DNA from: an uncultured Janthinobacterium sp.
GTDB lineage: Bacteria > Vulcanimicrobiota > Vulcanimicrobiia > Vulcanimicrobiales > Vulcanimicrobiaceae
Assembly: GCA_964658025.1 (NCBI GenBank)
Contig: CAZZXB010000106.1
Coordinates: 1 to 10,126, forward strand
Direction of reading: 5' to 3'
Length of the DNA: 10,126 nt
Part shown: positions 1 to 7,319 of the stretch, one piece after another
How positions within the stretch are numbered: position 1 is the stretch's first letter
How the letters are laid out: each line of letters begins with the position of its first letter
Notes under the pieces: model-generated
Databases searched by the model: none
What the model was told of the DNA's origin: nothing
Seen by the model: only the letters and a program-made list of their open reading frames with translations
Made by a program: the position numbers and the translations under genes

Positions 1-2
1 GC

Positions 3-410
3 GATGCGTCGATTCGCTCGGGAAATCATGCACGCTCCGCCTTGCACCGAAGCGATCGTTCCGGTCGACGTCCCGTAGAATACGCCGCAGTCGGCTTTGC
101 GGAAGGCCACCCACATCTGTTCCGACTGTTTGAGCTTCGTTTGCTGGTCGGAAGGGAGCGCTGCGAGCGCCTTCGCGTACGCCGTCGCGAGACGCGCGTC
201 GACGCGGGCGAGTTCCGTCTTGTTGCACTCGACCATTGCGTACGTCGTGTTGGCATGAGCCGAGCAGGTCGACAACGTCGCGGTGCTTTCGGTCGCGGGC
301 GAGGGCAGCGGCGAAGCGCAAACGGTCGTCGCGACGGCAAGCGTCGCGGCAACGGAGCGGCCGGCGTTCGCGCCGAGCATCGTCTTGAGGCAATCTCGAA
401 ATTGCGCCAT
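3..410 (-). CDS. Secreted lysozyme inhibitor LprI / DUF1311-like protein (3' partial, runs off the left edge)
   Basis: Translated by hand; absent from the ORF track because no stop lies in the window. Sequence: MAQFRDCLKTMLGANAGRSVAATLAVATTVCASPLPSPATESTATLSTCSAHANTTYAMVECNKTELARVDARLATAYAKALAALPSDQQTKLKQSEQMWVAFRKADCGVFYGTSTGTIASVQGGACMISRANRRI... It has a signal-peptide-like N-terminus and the DUF1311-type pattern C..T..M..C...E....D..L...Y....L......L..Q..W..FR...C...G....C......R. Start is ATG 410 or ATG 380; an in-frame TAA lies just upstream of 410. Confidence 0.8.
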   Translation of the reverse strand, partial: MAQFRDCLKTMLGANAGRSVAATLAVATTVCASPLPSPATESTATLSTCSAHANTTYAMVECNKTELARVDARLATAYAKALAALPSDQQTKLKQSEQMWVAFRKADCGVFYGTSTGTIASVQGGACMISRANRRI

Positions 411-418
411 ATCACGCG

Positions 419-447
419 TTTATGCCCAACGCGGCTCTCGATGTAAA
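419..447 (-). promoter_or_regulatory. Possible sigma70-type promoter for the LprI-like gene
   Basis: On the minus strand, TTTACA (447-442), a 17 nt spacer, then CATAAA (424-419), 8 nt before ATG 410. It sits in a visibly AT-richer intergenic stretch. Confidence 0.35.
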
Positions 448-479
448 CGAGCATTAGCGCGATTCTCATTTTCTTACGA

Positions 480-503
480 TGGTCGAACGCGCGGCGAGAC
501 GAA
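480..503 (+). promoter_or_regulatory. Putative alternative-sigma promoter (variant TGG-N17-CGAA), leaderless geometry
   Basis: TGG tcgaacgcgcggcgaga CGAA aagcggtgc ATG(513). No Shine-Dalgarno sequence. Confidence 0.4.
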
Positions 504-512
504 AAGCGGTGC

Positions 513-947
513 ATGCGATATCGATTCGTAGCGCCGATCCTCGCGACCGCGATCGCCCTCGCGGGGAACATCCCGTCGAGCTCTGCCGCCGAAACGAAGC
601 CGACCATCGGGCTTCCCGATTGCGTCGGCACGCCACACGTCGCGCCGTCGACGCTCCTGCTGACGTGCGCCGACGCCGGGATCACGGTCTCGAAGTTAAG
701 GTGGACGGGGTGGGGCGGATCGTTTACGGCCGGACTCGGTACCGCGGCGGTCAACGACTGCACGCCGGATTGCGCCTCGGGACACGATCATTCGTTCGAC
801 GTCGTGTTGATCGCCGACGGTCGTGCGCGCTGCCCGAACGGCGAGCCCGCCTACGCGCGCGTCACGTTCGGATGGTTCGGCCGCGCGCCGATCAAGACCG
901 ACGAGACGACGACGGTCTTTCCCACGCCCTGCGGACCGCGCCGCTAA
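513..947 (+). CDS. Secreted cysteine-rich hypothetical protein (144 aa)
   Basis: Sec-type signal peptide (MRYRFVAPILATAIALAG...SSAA) and six Cys. The pattern P..L.L.C.D.G.....L.W..WG.....G.G....N.C.P.CA.G resembles, from memory, uncharacterised actinobacterial secreted proteins. Confidence 0.8.
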   Translation: MRYRFVAPILATAIALAGNIPSSSAAETKPTIGLPDCVGTPHVAPSTLLLTCADAGITVSKLRWTGWGGSFTAGLGTAAVNDCTPDCASGHDHSFDVVLIADGRARCPNGEPAYARVTFGWFGRAPIKTDETTTVFPTPCGPRR

Positions 948-954
948 CCGTCGC

Positions 955-970
955 GCGCGCGGCCGCGCGC
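955..970. terminator. GC palindrome between convergent genes, possible bidirectional terminator or stabilising hairpin
   Basis: Perfect 16-bp palindrome GCGCGCGGCCGCGCGC in the 23-nt gap between the convergent stops at 947 and 971. There is no U-tract. Confidence 0.3.
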
Positions 971-2404
971 CTAACGGGCGGTTTTCTTCCGTGCGGGTTT
1001 CGAGCGCGCGCCTTGCGCGGCGGCTTTCGCCGAGGGCGACGTCGCCCCGGTCGGATTCGACGTCGGGGTCGCTACGCTCGAGCGCATCCGGGCGGCGAGC
1101 GCGGGCATCCCGAGATCGGGCGCGACGAAGTGCGCGAGCGTGCGGCCGGCGATGTCGATCGTCACCGAGTCGTCGGGCGTTTTCGCGACGACGCCGTCGG
1201 TTGCCGGATGGTATTCGATCCGCAGCTGCGTCGCCGACGCGACGATCCGCAGATATCCGAAATGCTGGTCGTCGTAGTTCTCGAAAACGACCTGCTCGCC
1301 GCCCGTCGTCGCCATGACCTGCGGCGCGCGCACGGTCGCACCCGTGCGATGAAATTTTTGCAGGCCGTGCCCGCCGTTGCCGCACACGACGTACGGAATC
1401 TGCGTGCCGTCGGAACGGTGACGCGTGTAACGCTGATAGTTGTGGGCGTGACCCGAGAGATACGCGTGCGGCCAGACGCCCGTCTCCGTGCAGATCGCGT
1501 CCATCTGCGCGAGCATGTCGGCGCTCCCGCCGTGGCGACCGCCCGCTGCATACGGCGGATGGTGCGTCGCGAAGAGGAGCGCGCCCGCGTACTTCTCGGC
1601 CTTCACGCGTTCGAGCGCCGCCTTGAGAAAGACGAGTTGCGAATCGCCGATCGTCGGATCGGAGATGACGCCCGGATCTTCGAGCGTGTTACTGTACATC
1701 GCGACGATCCGCACGAACGGCGCCTCGAACGTGTAGAAGACGCCCGGCTGCACCTGCGCCGTCCGCGAGAGATTTCCGGCCTCCGATCGCACGACGAAAT
1801 CGCTCGCGCAGAAATTCCGTAAGAACGCGGCGAGCGTGGCGACGGTCGCGTCGGGGGCGAGCACGCCGTCGTGATTGCCCGCGCACGCGAGGATGGGACC
1901 GGGATAGTCGCGGTACTGATCGTAGAATTGATCGTAGTAATACTGCTGCTCGCCGAAATTATAGATCACGTCGCCGAGCAAGAGATGGAACTGCGGGATC
2001 TCGGCGGGCGCCTCACCTTCGAAATCGCCGAGGAGTTTGTCGACGACGGTGTTCTGCGTCGCCGGACCCTTCGTGCTCCCGCAGTCGCCGAGCGCGTGAA
2101 AGACGATCTGGCCCGCCGCTTGGATCTTCGCGACGGTCGCCGTATCGTCGCCGAGCACGCGCGCGAGCGTGAGCTGCGGTTCGGGGACGCCGCGCGGCGC
2201 GGGAAACGGCAACGGGTGGATCTTGTGTTCGCGCGTGAGTTCGTCGATCGTCTTGTAGACTTGCGCGTCCGACGGATGCGGGATCCGAAAGACGGTCGGA
2301 TCGGGCGTCGGTTGCCCTTCCGCGAACGACGGGCCCGAGAGCGTGCGACCGCTCGGATCGGGAGTCGCGATCGGACGTGGCGCGCGCGGCGGCGTTTTCG
2401 GCAT
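971..2404 (-). CDS. Calcineurin-like metallophosphoesterase, purple acid phosphatase type (477 aa)
   Basis: All five motif blocks occur in order: LGDCG (DxG), LGDVIY (GDxxY), AGNHD, THHPPY and SGHAHNYQR. GAGG Shine-Dalgarno at 2413-2410, 5 nt before the ATG. Confidence 0.9.
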   Translation of the reverse strand: MPKTPPRAPRPIATPDPSGRTLSGPSFAEGQPTPDPTVFRIPHPSDAQVYKTIDELTREHKIHPLPFPAPRGVPEPQLTLARVLGDDTATVAKIQAAGQIVFHALGDCGSTKGPATQNTVVDKLLGDFEGEAPAEIPQFHLLLGDVIYNFGEQQYYYDQFYDQYRDYPGPILACAGNHDGVLAPDATVATLAAFLRNFCASDFVVRSEAGNLSRTAQVQPGVFYTFEAPFVRIVAMYSNTLEDPGVISDPTIGDSQLVFLKAALERVKAEKYAGALLFATHHPPYAAGGRHGGSADMLAQMDAICTETGVWPHAYLSGHAHNYQRYTRHRSDGTQIPYVVCGNGGHGLQKFHRTGATVRAPQVMATTGGEQVVFENYDDQHFGYLRIVASATQLRIEYHPATDGVVAKTPDDSVTIDIAGRTLAHFVAPDLGMPALAARMRSSVATPTSNPTGATSPSAKAAAQGARSKPARKKTAR

Positions 2405-2441
2405 CGAAACCTCGAAACGGAGGATGGGCGACGCGGGCGCT

Positions 2442-2466
2442 TACGCGTCCCAGCGGCACGCGTCCT
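2442..2466 (-). promoter_or_regulatory. Putative alternative-sigma promoter AGG-N18-CGTA (leadered transcript)
   Basis: Minus strand AGG acgcgtgccgctgggacg CGTA, ending 37 nt upstream of ATG 2404. A GAGG Shine-Dalgarno lies in the intervening leader. Confidence 0.5.
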
Positions 2467-2511
2467 CTCGTTTCGCATGCGAAAGATCGACGCGATCTCG
2501 GCGTGGAAACA

Positions 2512-4461
2512 TTAACGGAGATAAGCTTGGAGCCACGCTTCCATGTGCCGGTAGTATGATTCCAACCGCACGGGATCCGAAGGCGTGTGGTGCGCCGTGG
2601 GAATCGCGAGGAGCGTCGCGGGAACGCCGCGGTCGCGCAGCGCGTGGAAGTACGTCCACGATTCCGAAAACGGCACGACTTCGTCGCGCAAGCCCGTGAT
2701 GACGAGCGTCGGCGTTCGCACCGCGGCGACGTACGAGAGCGGCGAGCCCGTCGCGTAGAGCGGCGCGGTGAGCGGATCGGCGGGCGTGCCGCCGAGCGAA
2801 TCGCGCGTCCACGAGAGGTTGCCCGAGCCCGAGAGATCGTAGGCTTCGCGCCAATCCACGGCGCCGTCGGCGACGATCGCGCACTTCCATCGCGCGTCGT
2901 GACCGATGATCCAGGCGGTCATGTCGCCGCCGTACGAATGGCCGCCGATGCACTCGCGCGACGTATCGATCGGTTGCGTCCGTTCGACTTCGGCGAGTCC
3001 GGAGAGCACGTCGCGCGACGGGCCTTCGCCCGGATCGCGATAGACGCCGTGTTCGTGCGCGTTCCCGAGATTATCGCTTCCGCGATAGTTCGGGAAGAAC
3101 GCGAACCAGCCGTTCGCCGCCGCCATGATGCCGGCGTCGTAACCGCCTTCGTATTCTTGATTGAATCCGAGCCCCGCGAATTCGCCCTCGGGGCCGCCGT
3201 GGCTCCACACGAGTAACGGGTACTTCACCCCCGGTCGTTCGCCCGGCGGATGGAGCAGGACGCCGTCGGATTTTTCTCCGTCGGGTCCCGTCCACGTGAC
3301 GTGCTCCTCGCGACCGTAATCGTACGCGGCCATCGCGCCGTTCTCGTGCGTGATCGCGCGCGGCGTCGCGCCGTCGAGCGACGTGACGTAGATCTCGGGC
3401 GCCGCGCCGTATCCGGAGCCGACGAACGCGATGCCGCCGGTCGCGTCGCCGTCGAGCGCTTCGACGCTGAGCGTTCCCGTATCGAGTTCGTGCGGCTTCG
3501 CCGACGGCGGCACGACGAGGATCCGTTGGAACGCCCCGTCGGCGACGACCGTGACGAGCGAATCGCCGACGTAATGCGGCGCGGTCACGTCCCGATCGAA
3601 GTATCCCGAGACGTCGCGCTCGTCGTTCGAGTCGGTCGATCCGACGATGACGTCCGAGATCGTCACGGGTCCCGGTCCGTGCGGCCGCACGTACGCGTAT
3701 GCGCTTCCGTTCGGCGCCGCCACGGGTTCGTAGGCGTAATGGCGCGTCCCACCGAGGAGTCGGACGGTCCCCGTCGCGACGTCGACGGCCGCGGGCGCGG
3801 TCGCGTCGGTCAGCGCGGTGTGCGCGTTCTCGGCGCGCGCGAAGACGATCGTCTTGCCGTCCGCGCTCCACGACGGATCGCTCGGCGATTGCGAGAAGGG
3901 CGGCGCGGTTTCGAACACGCTCCACGCGCCGTGCGTGAGGCGCTTCGCCGCTCCGCCCTTCGCGTCGACGAGCCAGAGATGCGACGGCGCGACCGGCGCA
4001 TCGATGAGGAAGCCGTCGTCGCCTACTTCGAAGAGATCGTCGCCGCGTTTGGCCGCCGCGGCGTTCGGCGCGTCGTCGGGCGTATCGTAGGCGAAGCGCG
4101 CACCGTCGGGACTCCACGCGTAGTGTTGCACGCCGTTCGCGGTTTTCGTCACGGTCGTCCGCGCGCTCGTCCCCGGCACGGTCACGACGATCTGATCGAC
4201 GTCGCCTTTCTTCGCGTGACGCAAGTAGGCCAGGCGCGATCCGCGCGGCGCCCAGCGCGGCGATCCGACGAAGGGTCCGGCGTCGACGACGGTGCGCGCG
4301 CCGTCGCTCAGCCGCACGACGACGATCGACGACACGTTGCGATCGTGCGCGTAATCGCGCGTCGTCCGCACGTACGCGACGCGCCGACCTCCGGGGGAGA
4401 AGCGCGGATCGGAGAGGCCCACGAATGCGTGGAGCGCGGCGAGCGTTATGGGAACGGCCAT
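2512..4461 (-). CDS. S9 family serine peptidase (dipeptidyl aminopeptidase / acylaminoacyl peptidase, 649 aa)
   Basis: N-terminal beta-propeller with PD40-like repeats (PRFSPGGRRVAY, PRWAPRGSRLAY, YAWSPDGARFAY, PSWSADGKTIVF). The catalytic domain has HGGP, PNYRGS, the nucleophile motif GHSYGG, Asp in GLRDEVV and His in AHH. Start trimmed to ATG 4461 (MAVPITL); the 861-aa track ORF has an Arg-rich non-protein-like extension overlapping the next genes. Confidence 0.93.
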   Translation of the reverse strand: MAVPITLAALHAFVGLSDPRFSPGGRRVAYVRTTRDYAHDRNVSSIVVVRLSDGARTVVDAGPFVGSPRWAPRGSRLAYLRHAKKGDVDQIVVTVPGTSARTTVTKTANGVQHYAWSPDGARFAYDTPDDAPNAAAAKRGDDLFEVGDDGFLIDAPVAPSHLWLVDAKGGAAKRLTHGAWSVFETAPPFSQSPSDPSWSADGKTIVFARAENAHTALTDATAPAAVDVATGTVRLLGGTRHYAYEPVAAPNGSAYAYVRPHGPGPVTISDVIVGSTDSNDERDVSGYFDRDVTAPHYVGDSLVTVVADGAFQRILVVPPSAKPHELDTGTLSVEALDGDATGGIAFVGSGYGAAPEIYVTSLDGATPRAITHENGAMAAYDYGREEHVTWTGPDGEKSDGVLLHPPGERPGVKYPLLVWSHGGPEGEFAGLGFNQEYEGGYDAGIMAAANGWFAFFPNYRGSDNLGNAHEHGVYRDPGEGPSRDVLSGLAEVERTQPIDTSRECIGGHSYGGDMTAWIIGHDARWKCAIVADGAVDWREAYDLSGSGNLSWTRDSLGGTPADPLTAPLYATGSPLSYVAAVRTPTLVITGLRDEVVPFSESWTYFHALRDRGVPATLLAIPTAHHTPSDPVRLESYYRHMEAWLQAYLR

Positions 4462-4470
4462 GACGCGACC

Positions 4471-4495
4471 TACGGTCGCCCGCGGGGGGCTCCCT
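4471..4495 (-). promoter_or_regulatory. Putative alternative-sigma promoter AGG-N18-CGTA, leaderless geometry
   Basis: Minus strand AGG gagccccccgcgggcgac CGTA ggtcgcgtc ATG(4461). Confidence 0.55.
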
Positions 4496-4509
4496 TTCGA
4501 CGCGCTTCG

Positions 4510-4534
4510 GGGCGGCGACGGCGCGCGCGTCGAA
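4510..4534 (+). promoter_or_regulatory. Putative alternative-sigma promoter (variant GGG-N18-CGAA), leaderless geometry
   Basis: GGG cggcgacggcgcgcgcgt CGAA cgcggttgcg ATG(4545). Confidence 0.45.
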
Positions 4535-4544
4535 CGCGGTTGCG

Positions 4545-4958
4545 ATGACGGACGAGCCGATCGAGGACGAGATCGAATTACTCGACCGCTGCCTCGAGAT
4601 CGCGAGGGACGAACTCGAGCGTGCGGGTCGCGTGACGACGTTCGCGCGCGCGACCGCGCGCGGCGAACTCGTCGCGATCGCCTTCGCCGCGACCGAACCG
4701 TCGGAAGAACTCGCGTCGATCCGCCGCGCGATCTCGGCGAACGCGGAGCGCTACGATTCGGTCGCGATCGCGATCGACGTCGCGCTCGAAGACGACGCGC
4801 GGGCGCTGTATTTCGAAATCGAATCGCGCGCGGAAGCGGCGCAGTACGTCGTGCGCTATACGCTCGTCCCCCGCGAAGCGGGGTTCGTCGCGACGCTCGA
4901 CGTCGACGGCGCGCGCCTCGTCCGCGTGCCGCGAAAACTCCTGAACGCGCCGTCGTGA
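4545..4958 (+). CDS. Hypothetical protein (137 aa, acidic, probably alpha/beta)
   Basis: Protein-like composition with G/C-ending codons. It fills the gap between the S9 peptidase and panB without overlap. I recognise no catalytic motif. Confidence 0.75.
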   Translation: MTDEPIEDEIELLDRCLEIARDELERAGRVTTFARATARGELVAIAFAATEPSEELASIRRAISANAERYDSVAIAIDVALEDDARALYFEIESRAEAAQYVVRYTLVPREAGFVATLDVDGARLVRVPRKLLNAPS

Positions 4959-4991
4959 TCGCACGTTTCGTTCGCACCGATCCGCGCGACG

Positions 4992-5016
4992 AGGTTCGTC
5001 CGCCCGTCGGGGCGTA
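4992..5016 (+). promoter_or_regulatory. Putative alternative-sigma promoter AGG-N18-CGTA, leaderless geometry
   Basis: AGG ttcgtccgcccgtcgggg CGTA gcgcgcgagg ATG(5027). The GAGG abuts the ATG with no spacer, so it is unlikely to work as a Shine-Dalgarno. Confidence 0.55.
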
Positions 5017-5026
5017 GCGCGCGAGG

Positions 5027-5803
5027 ATGCCGCCCGAACGCCGCGTCTCCTCCGCCGCCCTGCGCGCGCGTAAGGGCGCACGATTTCCCGTCGTCACCGC
5101 CTACGACGCGCCGTTCGCGCGCTGCGCGGAAGCGGGCGGCATCGACGTCATCCTCGTCGGAGATTCGCTCGGCAACAACGTGCTCGGGTATGCTTCGACG
5201 ACGCCCGTGGAGCTGGACGACATGCGTCGTCACGCCGCGGCCGTCGTACGCGCGACCGCGCGCGCGCACGTGATCGTCGATCTGCCCTTCGGGAGTTACG
5301 AGGCGAGCGACGCCGACGCGGTCCGTTCGGCGGTCGCGCTCGTGAAGGTCGGCGCGACGAGCGTGAAACTCGAAGGCGCCTCGCCGCGCGCGACCGAGCG
5401 GATCGCCGCGATCGTCGGTGCGGGGATCCCCGTCGTCGCGCACGTCGGCGTCCTCCCGCAGACGGCCGCCGCGGGGGCGGGCTTCAAGCGCAAAGCGGAT
5501 CGTACGGCGCTGCTCGCCGACGCACGCGCGGTCGAAGCGGCGGGCGCGTTCGCCGTGGTACTCGAGATGGTCGATGCCGCGATCGCGGCGGAGATCACGC
5601 GAGCGATCGCGATCCCGACGATCGGGATCGGCGCGGGGCCCGATTGCGACGCGCAGGTGCTCGTCATGCACGATCTGCTCGGACTCTATCCCGAAGCGCC
5701 GCCCTTCGCGAAGCGGTATGCCGAGCTCGCCGACGCGGCGACCGATGCGTTTCGCGCCTTCGGCGAGGACGTGCGCGGCGGTCGCTTTCCGACGCGGACG
5801 TGA
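5027..5803 (+). CDS. panB: 3-methyl-2-oxobutanoate hydroxymethyltransferase (ketopantoate hydroxymethyltransferase)
   Basis: Signature motifs TAYD, ILVGDSLG, DLPFGSY, VKLEG, HVGVLPQ, VLE, PTIGIGAG..CDAQVLVMHDLLG and FAKRY. The 258-aa length is typical. Confidence 0.97.
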   Translation: MPPERRVSSAALRARKGARFPVVTAYDAPFARCAEAGGIDVILVGDSLGNNVLGYASTTPVELDDMRRHAAAVVRATARAHVIVDLPFGSYEASDADAVRSAVALVKVGATSVKLEGASPRATERIAAIVGAGIPVVAHVGVLPQTAAAGAGFKRKADRTALLADARAVEAAGAFAVVLEMVDAAIAAEITRAIAIPTIGIGAGPDCDAQVLVMHDLLGLYPEAPPFAKRYAELADAATDAFRAFGEDVRGGRFPTRT

Positions 5804-6501
5804 GCGAGCGCCACATCCTCGCCGTCGGCGGCGCGCTTCTCGAATCGTCGGGCGCGGCGCGCCTCGAACGCTACGCGCTCGACCTCACCGGCAAGGCGAA
5901 GCCGCGCGTCGCGTTCGTCCCGACGGCGAGCGGGGACGACGTCACCTACGTCGCGCGTTTTTTCGAGACGTACGCGCGTCTCGGCGTCGCGGCCGAAGCG
6001 CTCCGTTTCTTTCGCCGGACGCCGGTCGATCTCGACGCGCATCTCGCGGGCTTCGATCTCGTCCACGTCGGGGGCGGCAACACGCGGAGCATGCTCGCGG
6101 TCTGGCGTCATTGGGGATTCGATCGGGCGCTGCGCGCGGCGTGGGAGCGCGGCACGGTGCTCTTCGGATCGAGCGCGGGATCGATCTGCTGGTTCGCCTC
6201 GGGCGTGACGGATTCGGTCGCGGACGAGCTCACGACGATGTCGTGCCTCGGCTTCCTTCCCGGCAGTAATTGTCCGCACTACGACGGCGAACGAGAACGA
6301 CGTCCGTATTATCGTCGCGCCGTCGGCGCGGGCACGATCGAAGCGGGCATCGCGTGCGACGACGGAGCCGGCGTTCATTTCGTCGGAACCGATCTCGCCC
6401 GTGCCGTCGCGGCGCTCCCCGAGGCGAACGCGTATCGCGTCGCGGCGTCGGACGACGGCGACGCGACCGAGACGGCGCTCGCGATCGACCGCTTAAAATA
6501 A
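5800..6501 (+). CDS. Peptidase E / S51 family peptidase (YgaJ-like, 233 aa)
   Basis: Motifs FVPTASGD, VGGGNT, nucleophile GSSAGSICWF, and CPHYDGE..RRP. The GTG start at 5800 overlaps the panB stop (GTGA). Confidence 0.9.
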   Translation: MSERHILAVGGALLESSGAARLERYALDLTGKAKPRVAFVPTASGDDVTYVARFFETYARLGVAAEALRFFRRTPVDLDAHLAGFDLVHVGGGNTRSMLAVWRHWGFDRALRAAWERGTVLFGSSAGSICWFASGVTDSVADELTTMSCLGFLPGSNCPHYDGERERRPYYRRAVGAGTIEAGIACDDGAGVHFVGTDLARAVAALPEANAYRVAASDDGDATETALAIDRLK

Positions 6502-7317
6502 GAGCGTCGAGAACTCGCCGACGCGTTCGAAGCCGACCGCCTCGTAGAGCGCGATCGCGCGCGCGTTGAAATCGTTGACGTAGAGGCAGAGCGAGGGGAC
6601 GGTGTCGAGCAAGCGATCGCAGATCGCGCCGAGCGCGCGGCGCGCGTGGCCGTGGCCGCGCATGTCGGCGGGCGACCACACGCCTTGGAGTTGCGCGGTG
6701 TACGCCGTCGACGAGCCGACGTTGCACATGAACGCGAGGCGTCCGTCGACGCGATGGGTCCACCACCATCCGGCGGCGACGATCCGTGCGGTGCGCGCGC
6801 GGAATTCGTCCGTCGCGCGATCGGGATCGCCGCCGATCTCGCCCGCGATCATGAGCGCGGAGTTCCGCGCCACCTCGGCCACGTCGGCCGTCGTCGCGCG
6901 CGCGACCTCGGCGTCGGCGCGCGAGCCGCGTAGCGTCGCGCGAGAGATCGCGTAGAGCGGTTGGCTCGCGCGCGTCGCGCGCGGCGCGCGCATCGTCCGT
7001 CGCATCGCGTCCCAATAACGTTCGACGCTCGGTCGCGGCCCGACGATCATGCGCGCCTGTCGCGCGTGGCGTAACGCGTGCGCCGCGAAGGCGTCGAGCG
7101 CTCGATCCGATCGCGCGCTCGGCACCGTTTGGGCTCCGAAATAGCAGGTTCCGTCGATCTCTCCCGCGTCGTCGCGCGAGACGAACAACTCGGCGGGTCG
7201 CACGATCTGGCCCGTCGCGAACAACCACGCGACGTACACGTCGTCGTACGGTCGTTCGGCGAAGAACGCCGCGAGCGCGACCGCGTTCGCGGGCGACGCG
7301 CGTTCGAGTCGGCGCAC
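6493..7317 (-). CDS. GNAT family N-acetyltransferase (C-terminal FR47-like GNAT domain; DUF4081-GNAT-like architecture)
   Basis: C-terminus QLQGVWSPADMRGHGHAR (motif A, RGxG), LYVNDFNARAIALYEAVGF (motif B). GTG start 2 nt after the anti-sigma stop. Confidence 0.88.
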   Translation of the reverse strand: MRRLERASPANAVALAAFFAERPYDDVYVAWLFATGQIVRPAELFVSRDDAGEIDGTCYFGAQTVPSARSDRALDAFAAHALRHARQARMIVGPRPSVERYWDAMRRTMRAPRATRASQPLYAISRATLRGSRADAEVARATTADVAEVARNSALMIAGEIGGDPDRATDEFRARTARIVAAGWWWTHRVDGRLAFMCNVGSSTAYTAQLQGVWSPADMRGHGHARRALGAICDRLLDTVPSLCLYVNDFNARAIALYEAVGFERVGEFSTLLF

Positions 7318-7319
7318 GC

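Noticed and set aside
2404..2418. Short direct repeat TCGAAAC-C-TCGAAAC at the phosphoesterase start
   Set aside because: Only two 7-nt copies, overlapping the RBS; not distinguishable from chance.
4462..5097. 212-aa N-terminal extension of the S9 peptidase in the 861-aa track ORF
   Set aside because: It is Arg/Ser-rich shadow sequence antisense to the 4545 gene and the start of panB. Family-like sequence begins only at MAVPITL (4461).
5800..6501. Cyanophycinase as an alternative identity for the S51 protein
   Set aside because: The motifs (GGGNT, SAGSICWF, CPHYD) fit the PepE/YgaJ branch, and no cyanophycin synthetase gene lies in the window.
549..6620. At least seven GCGATCGC octamers (549, 4674, 4764, 5579, 5603, 6551, 6613), resembling cyanobacterial HIP1
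   Set aside because: Six of the seven are in-frame Ala-Ile-Ala (GCG ATC GCn) codon runs. Codon preference and CpG richness explain them without invoking HIP1.
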